Source: a virus
Taxonomy: Duplodnaviria; Caudoviricetes
DNA length: 64,000 nucleotides
Reading direction: 5' to 3' (one strand)
IMG/VR virus record: IMGVR_UViG_3300027917_000018
Coordinates: 32,001-96,000 of that record
Numbering within the stretch: the stretch's first letter is position 1; every line of letters starts with the position of its first letter. Below are positions 9,895-19,590 of the stretch, piece after piece. Below the pieces are notes generated by a model. It worked only from the letters and a program-made list of their open reading frames with translations. It was not told the origin of the DNA and did not search any database. A program made the position numbers and the translations under genes.

Positions 9895-10232
9895 TGTGGG
9901 AAAACTTGATCACCGATGAGGTCAGCCGGGCCGGAACTTCCGTTCTTGGAGATGCCTTGACGCCACCGGCTCGGGAGGCCGTGGCCCGCAATCTCTATGA
10001 CTGGCTGGTCCGGGCACCGAAGGCCAGCGTCGACAACTTGGAGGCCAGGCTGGAGCAAATGCGTAAACGAATTGACGCAATGACCGCTGGCTTGGTTGTC
10101 GGTTTGGACAACGGCGAACTCGTAGTTACTGCGACGGGCGACGCCGAGACGGTGTTGCGAATGTTTGAGCTGGGGACGGACTGGTTTCCGCCAGCTCCTG
10201 TAGAAGACATGATCTTTGCCGTGCTGGCGTAA
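9894..10232 (+). CDS. Hypothetical (neck region) protein
   Basis: 112 aa, start overlaps the upstream stop. Confidence 0.55.
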   Translation: MWENLITDEVSRAGTSVLGDALTPPAREAVARNLYDWLVRAPKASVDNLEARLEQMRKRIDAMTAGLVVGLDNGELVVTATGDAETVLRMFELGTDWFPPAPVEDMIFAVLA

Positions 10233-10247
10233 CGTAATTAAGAGCGT

Positions 10248-10511
10248 ATGAACACCGAGCGAATCAAGAAGCTGATCGACGAGTGCGATGGCAGCCCCGA
10301 TGGGATCAAGACCACCGCCAATCGCATTCTGGCTGAGGATACGACCATCAAAGTCGGCGACGTTGTCGGGGTTGTCTCCGAGGACGAGTCGATGGGCATG
10401 GTCGGAAAAGGCAAGGTCCAGAGCTTCAGCGACGACAAGGCTTACGCCAACGTCGCTTTTGACGACGGACGCGTTGTTCCGATCCTCACCAACGGCTTGT
10501 ACAAGGTCTAA
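10248..10511 (+). CDS. Small protein with SH3/KOW-like C-terminus
   Basis: IKVGDVVGV...GKGKV...YANVAFDDGRVVPI pattern; GTAATTAAG motif variant upstream. Confidence 0.55.
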   Translation: MNTERIKKLIDECDGSPDGIKTTANRILAEDTTIKVGDVVGVVSEDESMGMVGKGKVQSFSDDKAYANVAFDDGRVVPILTNGLYKV

Positions 10512-10543
10512 TCCTAGCCGTAGCGCCCGCCGTCCGCTTTTGC

Positions 10544-10575
10544 AGCCGGTCGTCGCCTGGCGACCGGCTTTCCAT
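10544..10575 (+). terminator. Rho-independent terminator-like hairpin
   Basis: AGCCGGTCG / CGACCGGCT stem followed by a pyrimidine run, 30 nt after the 10511 stop. Confidence 0.55.
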
Positions 10576-10609
10576 TTCCTTCATCCAGCCTGTCCGTAGT
10601 TAAGGCGGT

Positions 10610-12010
10610 ATGCCGCTTAACACGAATGACGGCAGGCTGGAACTTCCGACCGGCAAGGTTGACATCACCAGCATGCGCTACCACGAATTGTGGTTGCAGC
10701 GCTGGCTGTACCAGAGGTTTTTCGTGCGGGAAGGCTACCCGGTGCCGGTCGTTTTCGCCACCCCGATGGACGCCTTTGGCATGTTCAGCAGGCTGTGGCG
10801 GGACGACGCCAACCCGTTTGCCTATCTTCTGGCGCTCAAGGACGAAAACGGCACCCCGCTCTACCAGCCCTACCCGTCCCCGCTTCGGTATCCCCTGCTT
10901 TCGGTGACGCGAAAGAACATCAAATACCGGACGTACCAGAACTTTTCGATTCACCAGTGGCGGCACATCAACTATCCGACGATCAGCGATGCTGGCGAAG
11001 CCCTGGAGGGTAAGGAGCAACAAGGCGTCGACTTGACTCAGTGCGACCTGGGCAACGTGACCACGGCCCGCATGCCGATGGCCTTCGACTACCGGTTCCA
11101 GCTCGACCATTTCTGCATGCGGCCCGATACGCAGGCTTTTTACATCGAGCGCCTGCTGCGGCAGTTCTGGCGAACGGGCGGAACGCTCCAGACGTGGATG
11201 ACGATTGATTACCCAGGCTGGGGTGAGCAGTACGTGCGAATGTACCTGGAAGGGGATGTGATCGACCACCCGGCTCCCGAGGAAACGGAGGGCAAGGCCG
11301 TCGAATTCAGAACCACCGTAAACCTCGTGATCGAGGGCTTCAGCGTGGATACCGACTTCCAGGTGAAGCCGACGCTTTGGTACTACGTCTTTAATGCTGC
11401 GTCCCCGCAGGACCTTGAGGCTCTGAATTTGCCCGTCGGCAAGGTTGACATGAGGCCGGTGGCTGAAAATCCGGTCCTCGAAGACCGGGCCGACGAACTG
11501 CCTTCAGCCGGAACCTGCAAGGAGGAAGGAGTGATCGAGGCGTACACCGCCGCCGGGACACAGTGGGTTTATTTCGGCGACCCAGGTGTCCAGGTCGTTC
11601 CGCCCGACAACGTCTTTGGCCCGAACAACGACCCAGCCAGTTATCCGACCGACGCCCAGTTCCATCCCAGCGCCTGGTCTTACGGCATCGCCTCTACTGT
11701 GGCCTTTGGCACGCCGACTATCGACTACGGACCGCCGGTCGCGGCTACAAACGTAAACGGAACATTGGCTGTCGGGCCGAGCATCGATGTGAGCTGGGAC
11801 GATAACGCAGTGGGTGAGTACAGCTACAACGTCCTGCGGCAGACCAACGGCGCGGGCGGATTTTTCGGCATCGACAGCGTTCCGGCGGACTCGGTGGCGT
11901 ACAACGATCCGAGCGTCTCCGGCGGCAACTTTTACGAGTATGTGATCCAGACGGTGGGCGGTGGCGGTACGACGGATTCGGTTTCCAGCGGCACGATAGC
12001 TGTGCCGTGA
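10610..12010 (+). CDS. Tail terminator (gp15-like) with C-terminal fibronectin type III domain
   Basis: Position before the sheath; PMAFDYRFQLD...FRTTVNLVIEG terminator-like core; C-terminal VSWDDN...YNDPSV...YEYVI FN3 pattern. Confidence 0.6.
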   Translation: MPLNTNDGRLELPTGKVDITSMRYHELWLQRWLYQRFFVREGYPVPVVFATPMDAFGMFSRLWRDDANPFAYLLALKDENGTPLYQPYPSPLRYPLLSVTRKNIKYRTYQNFSIHQWRHINYPTISDAGEALEGKEQQGVDLTQCDLGNVTTARMPMAFDYRFQLDHFCMRPDTQAFYIERLLRQFWRTGGTLQTWMTIDYPGWGEQYVRMYLEGDVIDHPAPEETEGKAVEFRTTVNLVIEGFSVDTDFQVKPTLWYYVFNAASPQDLEALNLPVGKVDMRPVAENPVLEDRADELPSAGTCKEEGVIEAYTAAGTQWVYFGDPGVQVVPPDNVFGPNNDPASYPTDAQFHPSAWSYGIASTVAFGTPTIDYGPPVAATNVNGTLAVGPSIDVSWDDNAVGEYSYNVLRQTNGAGGFFGIDSVPADSVAYNDPSVSGGNFYEYVIQTVGGGGTTDSVSSGTIAVP

Positions 12011-12032
12011 GGAGCACTGTAGTTAAGGCTGA

Positions 12033-12200
12033 ATGTGTGTTGGACGTTTCGATGAATGGCGCGCCATTGCTAACGGTGAGAATCGCGGCGGAGCGGTTGC
12101 AGTCGCGCAAGCTGGGCTGCCCTCCGCAAGGCGGCAAAAAGCCCCGAGCATTGATTCGTTTACGCCGAAAGCAGATTCCGACGCGCCCGACGCAACGTAG
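12033..12200 (+). CDS. Possible 55-aa ORF (or structured RNA) between terminator and sheath genes
   Basis: ATG 7 nt after TAGTTA (12020-12025); its stop lies inside the next TAGTTA; peptide not obviously protein-like. Confidence 0.25.
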   Translation: MCVGRFDEWRAIANGENRGGAVAVAQAGLPSARRQKAPSIDSFTPKADSDAPDAT

Positions 12201-12218
12201 TTAAAGCGAGAAACGAGT

Positions 12219-14429
12219 ATGGCAACGATTCGCACGAAAACATTTCCGGGCGTCTATACGCAAATCATCGACCGGAGCTATCTGCTACCGCAGACAAGCC
12301 GGTTCCGTGGCGGCCTGATTGGCGTGGCGCGTAAAGGCCCGTTTGACACGCCAACCTCAGTGCGGTCGCTCCAGGAATTCCAGCGGCTGTTTGGCCAACC
12401 TCTGGTTGGGAACTATTTCCTGGCCAATGCGGTCGCCATTCTGTCCGACCTCACGGACGGCATGAAGGTGGTCCGTGTCGGGTTCCGGTCCGACAGCCTG
12501 CCGGGTGCGACCTTCACGGCTTCGGCGCTTTCCGTCACTGGGACGGTTACGCCCTACGCCAAGGGGTCGGTGCTCGATCCGGCGCTGTGGAGCGGGGACG
12601 TTTACGTCACCGTCAAGCAGGCTGGGCTGGCGCAGACTGTCAACCAGGTTGTGACCTCGGTCGGCAGCATCGGCCCGGACAGCGCCCTGGTTTCGTTTAC
12701 GGACGCCGACGCCATCAAGGCTCTCTACACCAACGCGACGGTCGAGTACTCGATCGGCAACCCGCACGCCAACGAGGCTCAGGGCCTGCTTTACGCCTAC
12801 ACCTACGGCTCCAACAGCGGCGATCCGTGGGATGCCCCGCTTTACACGGGCTCCTACGTGGTGACCTGCTCGGGCGATAAGGGCGACTACGAGATTCAGC
12901 TGACCCACCCGAGCACCTATTCGCTTTTCGCCGTTGGTGACCTGCTCAAGATCAGCCAAACCGGCAAGAACGACACCCAGGAAGTCAGGGTCAAGCAGGC
13001 GCTCCCCGATGGGCGCGTGTTGCTGGAAACCACCGATTTGCCGGGCAAGGGCTACCAAGCCCTGGCGCTTCAGGACAGCTACACGGCTGCCTACGTTTAC
13101 CGGAAAACCGGCTCCATCTCCTACATCAACCTTGAGGCGGCTTCGGCGGGTGACTGGGCCAACAGTGGCGACATCACCGCCGGGCTCTTCGTTAAGGTGC
13201 GCCCCGGCGGCAAGGCCAACACCAAGAAGTTCGAGGTTTACGAGGACGGGGCCTTGGTCGAGACCATCGACAACCTCTACAACGGCAGCGGCACCAATTC
13301 GTGGTCGGGCCGGATCAACGGCAACAGCCAGTACATCAGCGTCGTCAGCGTGGCCACGTCCGGGACGATGAATTACCTCCCGGCCAATTACAGCTATGGC
13401 TACGAGGCCGGGGCCTATCTGATCAACTCCGGGTACAACAACTCGGGCGGCAGCTTCAGTGAAGGCTACAACGGCGAGGCCGCCACGGCGGAGGACTTCA
13501 TTGGACGCTACGACCCGACGACGGATCGGTACACCGGCATCCAGTCCTTCATCGATACGCCCGAGGCGCGGGTCGACATCATGTGCTGCCCCGGCATCAC
13601 CGACGGCGGAAGCTACGATCCGCTCGGCGGCGACACCAGCGGCCTCCACCGCCGGATGTATGAAGTCTGCAACCGGATCAATGCCCTGGCCATCATCGAC
13701 GTTCCTCCGGCGCTCAATGCTCGGCAGGCCATCGACTGGCACAATGGCGATGGCCTCTACAGCGGGCGTGGCCGGATCGACAGCTACAACATCAGCTGTT
13801 TCTGGAACTGGTTCACCATTTCCGACCCGTTCACCGGGGAGGACAAGACGGTGCCGCCCACCTTGGGCGCTCTGCGATGTTTGGCCTTCACGTTCGACCG
13901 CGACAAGCCGTGGTATGTGGCGGCGGGCGACCAGCGCGGCATCATCCCCGAGGCCAAGTACGTCGAGTTCGAGCACGTGTCCGACGACACCAAGCAGTCG
14001 ATGTACGGCAACGGGCAGTCCATCAACGGCATCTTCCTCGATCGGGGACAGATCAAGCTGTGGGGCGAGCGGACGATGCAGGTGGCCGAGAGCAAGCTCT
14101 CCGTCAACCACAACGTTATCCTCGTCAACTATGTGGTCTACAACCTGTCGGAGATTGGCCGCCGGTTCATCTTCGAGCCCAACGATCCCGAGCTGCTGGT
14201 GCGGGTCCGCCTGGCCTTCGCCCAGTTCCTCGACAACGTCAAGACGGAGCGCGGCATCGAGGAATACGTGCTGGTCATTGACGACACCAACAACTCGGCG
14301 GACACGCGGAACCGCCGCGAGGTCATTGTTGACCTGGCTATTGTCCCGACCGATTCGGTCGAGCGCATCTACATCACCGCCACGGTGCGCGAAAGCGGCG
14401 CGGTGCTTGATGAACTGAACGCTGAGTAA
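12219..14429 (+). CDS. Tail sheath protein
   Basis: N-terminal FPGVYTQIID and C-terminal WYVAAGDQRG...FIFEPND...GIEEYVLVIDDTNN...ERIYI sheath motifs. Confidence 0.95.
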   Translation: MATIRTKTFPGVYTQIIDRSYLLPQTSRFRGGLIGVARKGPFDTPTSVRSLQEFQRLFGQPLVGNYFLANAVAILSDLTDGMKVVRVGFRSDSLPGATFTASALSVTGTVTPYAKGSVLDPALWSGDVYVTVKQAGLAQTVNQVVTSVGSIGPDSALVSFTDADAIKALYTNATVEYSIGNPHANEAQGLLYAYTYGSNSGDPWDAPLYTGSYVVTCSGDKGDYEIQLTHPSTYSLFAVGDLLKISQTGKNDTQEVRVKQALPDGRVLLETTDLPGKGYQALALQDSYTAAYVYRKTGSISYINLEAASAGDWANSGDITAGLFVKVRPGGKANTKKFEVYEDGALVETIDNLYNGSGTNSWSGRINGNSQYISVVSVATSGTMNYLPANYSYGYEAGAYLINSGYNNSGGSFSEGYNGEAATAEDFIGRYDPTTDRYTGIQSFIDTPEARVDIMCCPGITDGGSYDPLGGDTSGLHRRMYEVCNRINALAIIDVPPALNARQAIDWHNGDGLYSGRGRIDSYNISCFWNWFTISDPFTGEDKTVPPTLGALRCLAFTFDRDKPWYVAAGDQRGIIPEAKYVEFEHVSDDTKQSMYGNGQSINGIFLDRGQIKLWGERTMQVAESKLSVNHNVILVNYVVYNLSEIGRRFIFEPNDPELLVRVRLAFAQFLDNVKTERGIEEYVLVIDDTNNSADTRNRREVIVDLAIVPTDSVERIYITATVRESGAVLDELNAE

Positions 14430-14450
14430 ACCAAACAGTCCTAACGTTTT

Positions 14451-15056
14451 ATGGCAAGGCTACGTTACAAAAACACGTTCGCGTCGCAGAATTCGCGACT
14501 CGACCTCCAGCGTGTTGACCTTTTCAAGATCACCCTGGAGCTGCCCACCGCGCTCGGCCTTCCGTGGGACGAGCACGTTGAATTTGCCGTCGAGAAGTTC
14601 CCATTCCCTGACCGGAACAAGGAACTCATCGCCGTCAAGTACATGCAGCAAACCAACCAGATGCTTGGTGCCGACTCGAACAGCGGGCCGGTCGACATCC
14701 CGGTGCGGTATGCCTTCGCCCAGCGCACTGCCGAGGCGCTGGAGAAGTGGTTCTGGCTCATTGCCAACCCGCTCACGGGCGGCGTCGGTCTGACCAGCGA
14801 GGTCAAGTGTATGGGCTTCATGCGCTGGCTGATCCCCAACATGCGCAAGCAGATCGCCGACATCCGCAGCCAGGCTATCCCTGGTGAGGACACGATGCGG
14901 GACGGAGCCACCTACGTCCTGGAAGGCTGCCTGATCCGTGGCCTGAAGTTCATCGACGCGGACATGACGACCAGCAACTACGTCAACCTGCAATTCGGCC
15001 TGTCAGTTGACCGTTGGTATCCCGAAAACATTGAGGCACTCCAGCAAACCTATTGA
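14451..15056 (+). CDS. Tail tube protein (gp19-like)
   Basis: 201 aa directly after the sheath; tube-fold pattern ending VNLQFGLSVDRW. Confidence 0.75.
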   Translation: MARLRYKNTFASQNSRLDLQRVDLFKITLELPTALGLPWDEHVEFAVEKFPFPDRNKELIAVKYMQQTNQMLGADSNSGPVDIPVRYAFAQRTAEALEKWFWLIANPLTGGVGLTSEVKCMGFMRWLIPNMRKQIADIRSQAIPGEDTMRDGATYVLEGCLIRGLKFIDADMTTSNYVNLQFGLSVDRWYPENIEALQQTY

Positions 15057-15553
15057 TGCGCCCCTCTGGCCTAGTCAGTGTCACTCGGATTGTCGACGGT
15101 TTCGGGCGGGAGATTCCCCTCGAAGCCGCGATCCGTTATGGGTGGATCAGCCCCGAGCACCTGGCCGACACGCCAAACCTTTTTGTCGACCAGGGACGCC
15201 AGCTGCTGGCCTATTGCTTCGCGTTTCGCAGCCCGATCGAGAATTACACCTGCTCCAAGTTCGGCGTCGGCACAGGCACCACGGCGGCCAAGGTGACCGA
15301 TGTCGGCCTGGAAGCCCCGGTGGCGCTCTCCTCGGGCAATTACACCGCTGCGGTGGACAGCGTGGACTTCCTGACGGCCTTTGTGGTCCGGGTGGCCTTT
15401 ACGCTCGGCTTAGCCGACGCCAATGGCAGCCTGATCACCGAGATGGGGCTTTTCAGCGGGAACGATTCCTTGATGGCACGGCGCGTCAGGACCGTGGGCA
15501 TCAACAAGACGAGCGACTTTGCTCCAACCCTGACGTGGCGAATCCGATTTTAA
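15053..15553 (+). CDS. Baseplate wedge / tail-collar fibre N-terminal-type protein
   Basis: NLFVDQGR...FGVGTG...ITEMGLF...MARRV...INKTSD...LTWRIRF pattern. Confidence 0.6.
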   Translation: MMRPSGLVSVTRIVDGFGREIPLEAAIRYGWISPEHLADTPNLFVDQGRQLLAYCFAFRSPIENYTCSKFGVGTGTTAAKVTDVGLEAPVALSSGNYTAAVDSVDFLTAFVVRVAFTLGLADANGSLITEMGLFSGNDSLMARRVRTVGINKTSDFAPTLTWRIRF

Positions 15554-15565
15554 CCCCTTGCGATT

Positions 15566-15919
15566 ATGGTAATTCACTGCACTGACGGCCAGGTGGTAGG
15601 CGAGACTGAAAGCACACTTTTCAACGTGCTCCAGCAAGGCCCGGTCTCCATGATGGTCATTATCAAGAATTCGGGCGTGAACACCATGAACTACCGGTTC
15701 CAGGAGTACAACGGAACCGCGTGGGTCGACCTCGGGGCCTCGGGGACGGACTATTACAACACGCTGAGTGCCAGCCAGGTCCGCTCCTTCAAGGTCACGT
15801 CCAATTACCCGCAGGTGCAGATGGTTGGCAATGCGTCCGGTGGTGCGTTCATCGACTTCTCAGTGACCCGCTACTATAACCGGGCCGCAGGCGGGAGCAT
15901 TCCTATCCTCGCGCTGTAG
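15566..15919 (+). CDS. Small beta-sandwich virion-type protein (paralog family 2 of 3)
   Basis: 117 aa; aligns with the ORFs at 7258 and 32968. Confidence 0.55.
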   Translation: MVIHCTDGQVVGETESTLFNVLQQGPVSMMVIIKNSGVNTMNYRFQEYNGTAWVDLGASGTDYYNTLSASQVRSFKVTSNYPQVQMVGNASGGAFIDFSVTRYYNRAAGGSIPILAL

Positions 15920-16802
15920 GCACGTCCTCCTCGTCGTCCTCGACCATCCGGCTGCGGCTGTGTTCCCGCAGCCGGTAGCTTCGGTAGATCGGCATGTAAG
16001 TGCCGTACAAGTCCTGCCAGTCCTCCAGCAGTTTCGGATCGCCAAGTTGGAGCGGTCTCGGCTCCGGCACATCTACCTCCATGTGGAGCAAGGTTCGATC
16101 GAGGCAGTCCGTGAATTGAAGATGGAGGGAATGAGGCAGTTGCGCCAGGATGGCTTCAAAGGCCGCCTCAAAGCTCATGTCCTCGGTGACCTTCTCGAAG
16201 AGCTTCTTCACTTTGACCGGCCCGTAGCCGTAGAGACCGGAGATGGCATCGGTCTTGTCGCCGAGAATGGCCAGAGCGATGGCCAGCTGGCTGGGATGCT
16301 TAATATGCCACTTGTTATTGATGGCCCGGCTGGTTAGCAGTGACTTTTGGTTGAGGCAGAAAAACTGGACGCGACCGCCCTGGAGCTGTTGCAAGTCTTT
16401 GTCGCCGGACGCGACAAAGATGATGTCAGCCTTACTTTTGTAAACGGCGCTGCACACGACATCGTCGCCTTCGCAGCGGTTGGCCACCGCGTTGGCTGTA
16501 TCGAGGACAGCTTCCAGCATACCCATGACGATTTCGCGGGTCTCGTGATAATTGCTTGGCTTGGGGTCCCTGCCCTTGTCCGAAATGCCCTGGCCGCCTT
16601 CGCCGTCCCAGGCAAACAGCGTTCTGTCGATCCGCTCACCCAGCCGGTCGCTTAAGGGATCGATCAAGCTCAGCGCCGTGGCCATGCAGGCTTTCATCGC
16701 GTCGGCGGGCCTGGCCATCTTGCTCCCGGAGCGCTGGGCGTACGCCACGGCGTAGTAGGCCCTGGCGTAGAGGCTGTTGCCATCCACGATGAGGTCGGTC
16801 AT
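15903..16802 (-). CDS. 5'-3' exonuclease / flap endonuclease (T4 RNase H-like)
   Basis: LIVDGNS, EGDD, SGDKDL, GDKTDAISG...GPVKV (H3TH) motifs. Confidence 0.9.
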   Translation of the reverse strand: MTDLIVDGNSLYARAYYAVAYAQRSGSKMARPADAMKACMATALSLIDPLSDRLGERIDRTLFAWDGEGGQGISDKGRDPKPSNYHETREIVMGMLEAVLDTANAVANRCEGDDVVCSAVYKSKADIIFVASGDKDLQQLQGGRVQFFCLNQKSLLTSRAINNKWHIKHPSQLAIALAILGDKTDAISGLYGYGPVKVKKLFEKVTEDMSFEAAFEAILAQLPHSLHLQFTDCLDRTLLHMEVDVPEPRPLQLGDPKLLEDWQDLYGTYMPIYRSYRLREHSRSRMVEDDEEDVPTARG

Positions 16803-16999
16803 AGTTCGTCTTCCACTTCAGGAGGAAGAACCGGGCTCCCCTCGTCCTGTTTGAGCCGCTCAACGGACATCTCCGTGAAGAGGTCCAGGACCCAGTCGGG
16901 AGCTTTGGAAAGGTCGCAAGTAAAGCCGCGTCGCAGCCAGCAAAGGTCAAAGACTCTTTGCCACCTGTTTTGTAAACGTTCCGACGCGGCCCGAACGAA
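16799..16999 (-). CDS. Hidden +1-frame C-terminal extension of the gp26-like protein (gp51-like helical segment)
   Basis: 66 open codons after the T6 run (16998-17003 on minus), no start codon near the 5' end, and the stop overlaps the exonuclease ATG (ATGA). Confidence 0.55.
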   Translation of the reverse strand, partial: FVRAASERLQNRWQRVFDLCWLRRGFTCDLSKAPDWVLDLFTEMSVERLKQDEGSPVLPPEVEDEL

Positions 17000-17762
17000 A
17001 AAATTCGGTCCCTATATTCAGCGGCCACCGGTAGACTTGCTTGCAATTCACGCACTGCTGCTGGAGGTCCAGCTCAAGATGGGGCGTGATGTCGTTTTCT
17101 TGGTCCTCCAGGAACTTGGCATCCTTGGGCGGCAGCGCTGTGTACCACGCTACCAATTCCTGCATGTTGTCGGGCCGCTCGCCTCCCACGGTCTCGACCA
17201 TCGTCACGATCCGGGCGACCGAATCCGGGCAGAGTTTCTTGGACTCAGGGGTTCGGCCAAGGATGTTGATTTCGTCCCCGATCAGGAGCGGACGGATTGT
17301 TAGCGTGTCGCCGACGACCGGAAGCGTGATGCTTTCGTGCCCCGGATAGCCGGGAGGCTTCTTGCCCATCGGCACCAGTTCGTCGGGCACGATGATCTTG
17401 TCTTCCTCCTCGTGATTGCAGTAGGGGCAGGAGGCCACGTAGAAGATTTCGCAGTCGGTTTGGATGGACCGGGAAACCATCAGCACGGTCAGCACGTCCC
17501 CTGAGACGAACCGTTCCAGCGGGCAGCCATTGAGGTTGCAGACCTTCTCCAGGAGCCTGAAGAGGATCGCCTCGTTCTCCATCCCGGCCTCGCGGCGCGC
17601 CTCTTGCAGCCAGGTGTCGATTTGATAATCCCAGGGGTAAACCGTGATTTCTCCGTTGGGGAACGCCTCCGGGCAGCTGTAGCCGCCGCTCAGAAGCGCG
17701 ATCTTTTTAGCGAACTTTTCCCGGCGCGGGGTCAAGTCCTTCAGGTTCGTCTTGATAGCCAT
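16947..17762 (-). CDS. Baseplate hub assembly chaperone (T4 gp26-like)
   Basis: CPYC and CVNC zinc-ribbon pairs, LTIRPLLIGDE, near-terminal EFF; GTTCTT 6 nt upstream. Confidence 0.7.
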   Translation of the reverse strand: MAIKTNLKDLTPRREKFAKKIALLSGGYSCPEAFPNGEITVYPWDYQIDTWLQEARREAGMENEAILFRLLEKVCNLNGCPLERFVSGDVLTVLMVSRSIQTDCEIFYVASCPYCNHEEEDKIIVPDELVPMGKKPPGYPGHESITLPVVGDTLTIRPLLIGDEINILGRTPESKKLCPDSVARIVTMVETVGGERPDNMQELVAWYTALPPKDAKFLEDQENDITPHLELDLQQQCVNCKQVYRWPLNIGTEFFRSGRVGTFTKQVAKSL

Positions 17763-17775
17763 ACAGGGAAGAACG

Positions 17776-18774
17776 TTATTCCACGAAGACCTTCTGCGAG
17801 ATGAGCTGGGCGGACTGCGGCTGGATCACGGTTGGTGGCACCTGCGGCGGACTGGTTGGCGTCCCTGGCGTGGCGCTGGTGTGAGTATGCGTGCCCAGCC
17901 ACGCCAGAAGTGAGGCAACCCAGGTCGTGAATTGGATGCCCTTGACGGCGGGCTCGACTGCCGATTCGCTGCCGATCCGTAAAAGCGGGGCCGTGGCGAC
18001 GAAGCTGCTCTGCGCCGTCAAATTGATCTGGTTGGCGGTGACCTCAAAATTGTTTACGAAAGTCGCGCTCAAACCCGAGTCGCCGCTGGCGATCACGTCG
18101 CCCACGAAGTCCAGGTTCGTGTTGCCTGCGATCGTCATATCCAGATCGCCGCTCATGGTCTCCACCCGGATGCTGTTGGCCTGGATGTTCAGCTCCAAGC
18201 CGATTTGCATGTAGAAGTCCTCCAGGATATTCAACAGGCCACCTTGGGTTTCGTCGTTCAGCTCCAAAAACTGTCCGCTTTGCGTGATAAGCTGGAGGTA
18301 GCCGTCGGAGCCAGCACTTGTGGCGTCCAGAGCAAAAAGCCGGTAACCCTTGGAGGTTGTCAGGACGATGCTGCCGGAGGTCCATTCGACCGTGTGGCCG
18401 TAACGGGTCAGAGCGGAGCGCTTGGGCTTGCCTTGGCTCGGACCGACGGCTTCGTACTGGTGAAGCGGAAAATCCTCGTTGGCGGTCGTCGTTTGCATGA
18501 ACCAGGCCCACACCGGCTTTTCCGGTTCGCCGTCGAGGAACTGTACGGCGACCTGGTCACCTGGCTCCGGTAGCCAATCCATGCCGCCGCTTTGCTGAGA
18601 CTGCCCGGCGGGCAGGCCCAAGGGGATCGCCCACGGCAAGTCATCAAGCGGGACCTGGCCGACTGCGCTGCCAAGAATGCCGTAAACGTGCGGTACGCGC
18701 ACTTTAACGCGGCCCAGCTTCTCCGGGTCGTTGACCGCTTCGACCTTTCCAACGTAAATGCCGTTGAGATTCAT
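17776..18774 (-). CDS. Baseplate central spike (gp5/VgrG-like), no lysozyme domain
   Basis: OB-fold YVGKVEAVNDPEKLGRVKVRVP...WAIP...PEPGDQVAVQFLDGEPEKP; beta-helix repeats; HTH metal-binding tip (THTH); start MNLNG at 18774. Confidence 0.9.
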   Translation of the reverse strand: MNLNGIYVGKVEAVNDPEKLGRVKVRVPHVYGILGSAVGQVPLDDLPWAIPLGLPAGQSQQSGGMDWLPEPGDQVAVQFLDGEPEKPVWAWFMQTTTANEDFPLHQYEAVGPSQGKPKRSALTRYGHTVEWTSGSIVLTTSKGYRLFALDATSAGSDGYLQLITQSGQFLELNDETQGGLLNILEDFYMQIGLELNIQANSIRVETMSGDLDMTIAGNTNLDFVGDVIASGDSGLSATFVNNFEVTANQINLTAQSSFVATAPLLRIGSESAVEPAVKGIQFTTWVASLLAWLGTHTHTSATPGTPTSPPQVPPTVIQPQSAQLISQKVFVE

Positions 18775-18816
18775 CGTTCTCAGTGTAACTAGCTTGGGAG
18801 CGCCGATACTTAAGGT

Positions 18817-19590
18817 ATGCCGTTCATCCGGGACACCTTGAACCAATGGGGCCGCCGTGGCGGGGAAAATCCCCAGCGAAACGACCTTTGGCAGGTCGAT
18901 CTTAGCTCCGTGGTCGTGGGCATCAATCTAGCCTTCGAGACTGAGTTTCGCATCGTGCCGAAATGGTACCCGGCATCCATTAGAATTCCTGAGCCAAAGG
19001 TCAAGGCGGAGGCCACGCGCCGGGACAGCCGGTCCTACATGATGCCGAGCTGGGACGAGCCCTTTGACCCGATCATGCTCAATTTCCTGGTCGACGACGG
19101 CGGCTATCGTACTAAGCAGAACACGGCTGTCACGCCCTACAGCGAGATTTACGCAATTCTGGATGCCTGGCGGCGCATGGTGCGCTCTGGTCGTGGCTCG
19201 GTGGGTGCGGAAAGTGAGCCGCTCCGGCTCAACGAGAACTATCAGCAGCCTTTCCTGTTTCCGATTTACCTTTGGACGGCACGGGGCGTGCGCCCGGTGA
19301 ACGCTCTGGCCGCCGCGTACAGCCGGGCTGCGGCTACGTCGCCGCTGGGCGATCCGGCCACCATGTTTCCGGGCTCGACCTCCGCCGCCATCGCCAACAA
19401 GTACGCGACGCTTTCGACCGATAAATTCAGCGCGTCCATGCAGCGTGCGATGGAGACCTCGGGCATTTACATCCTGGAAAGCTGCTGGCTAGGAGGTTTC
19501 AAGCTCGCCGAGCTGAGTTACCGGGGCAGTGATGTCCTTACCTGCGAGGCCACCATTCACACCGCCAACGTCTTGCAACAAATCCCGTGA
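18817..19590 (+). CDS. Tail tube paralog / tube initiator (gp54-like)
   Basis: PQRNDLWQVDL resembles LQRVDLFKITL of the tube protein; C-terminal YILESCW...ELSY tube-like pattern. Confidence 0.5.
   Translation: MPFIRDTLNQWGRRGGENPQRNDLWQVDLSSVVVGINLAFETEFRIVPKWYPASIRIPEPKVKAEATRRDSRSYMMPSWDEPFDPIMLNFLVDDGGYRTKQNTAVTPYSEIYAILDAWRRMVRSGRGSVGAESEPLRLNENYQQPFLFPIYLWTARGVRPVNALAAAYSRAAATSPLGDPATMFPGSTSAAIANKYATLSTDKFSASMQRAMETSGIYILESCWLGGFKLAELSYRGSDVLTCEATIHTANVLQQIP

Noticed and set aside
12357-14111. Long antisense ORFs (also 28219-29844, 44541-45665, 61136-63427, 542-1462)
   Set aside because: Shadow ORFs opposite well-supported genes, expected from GC-rich codon bias; no recognisable motifs
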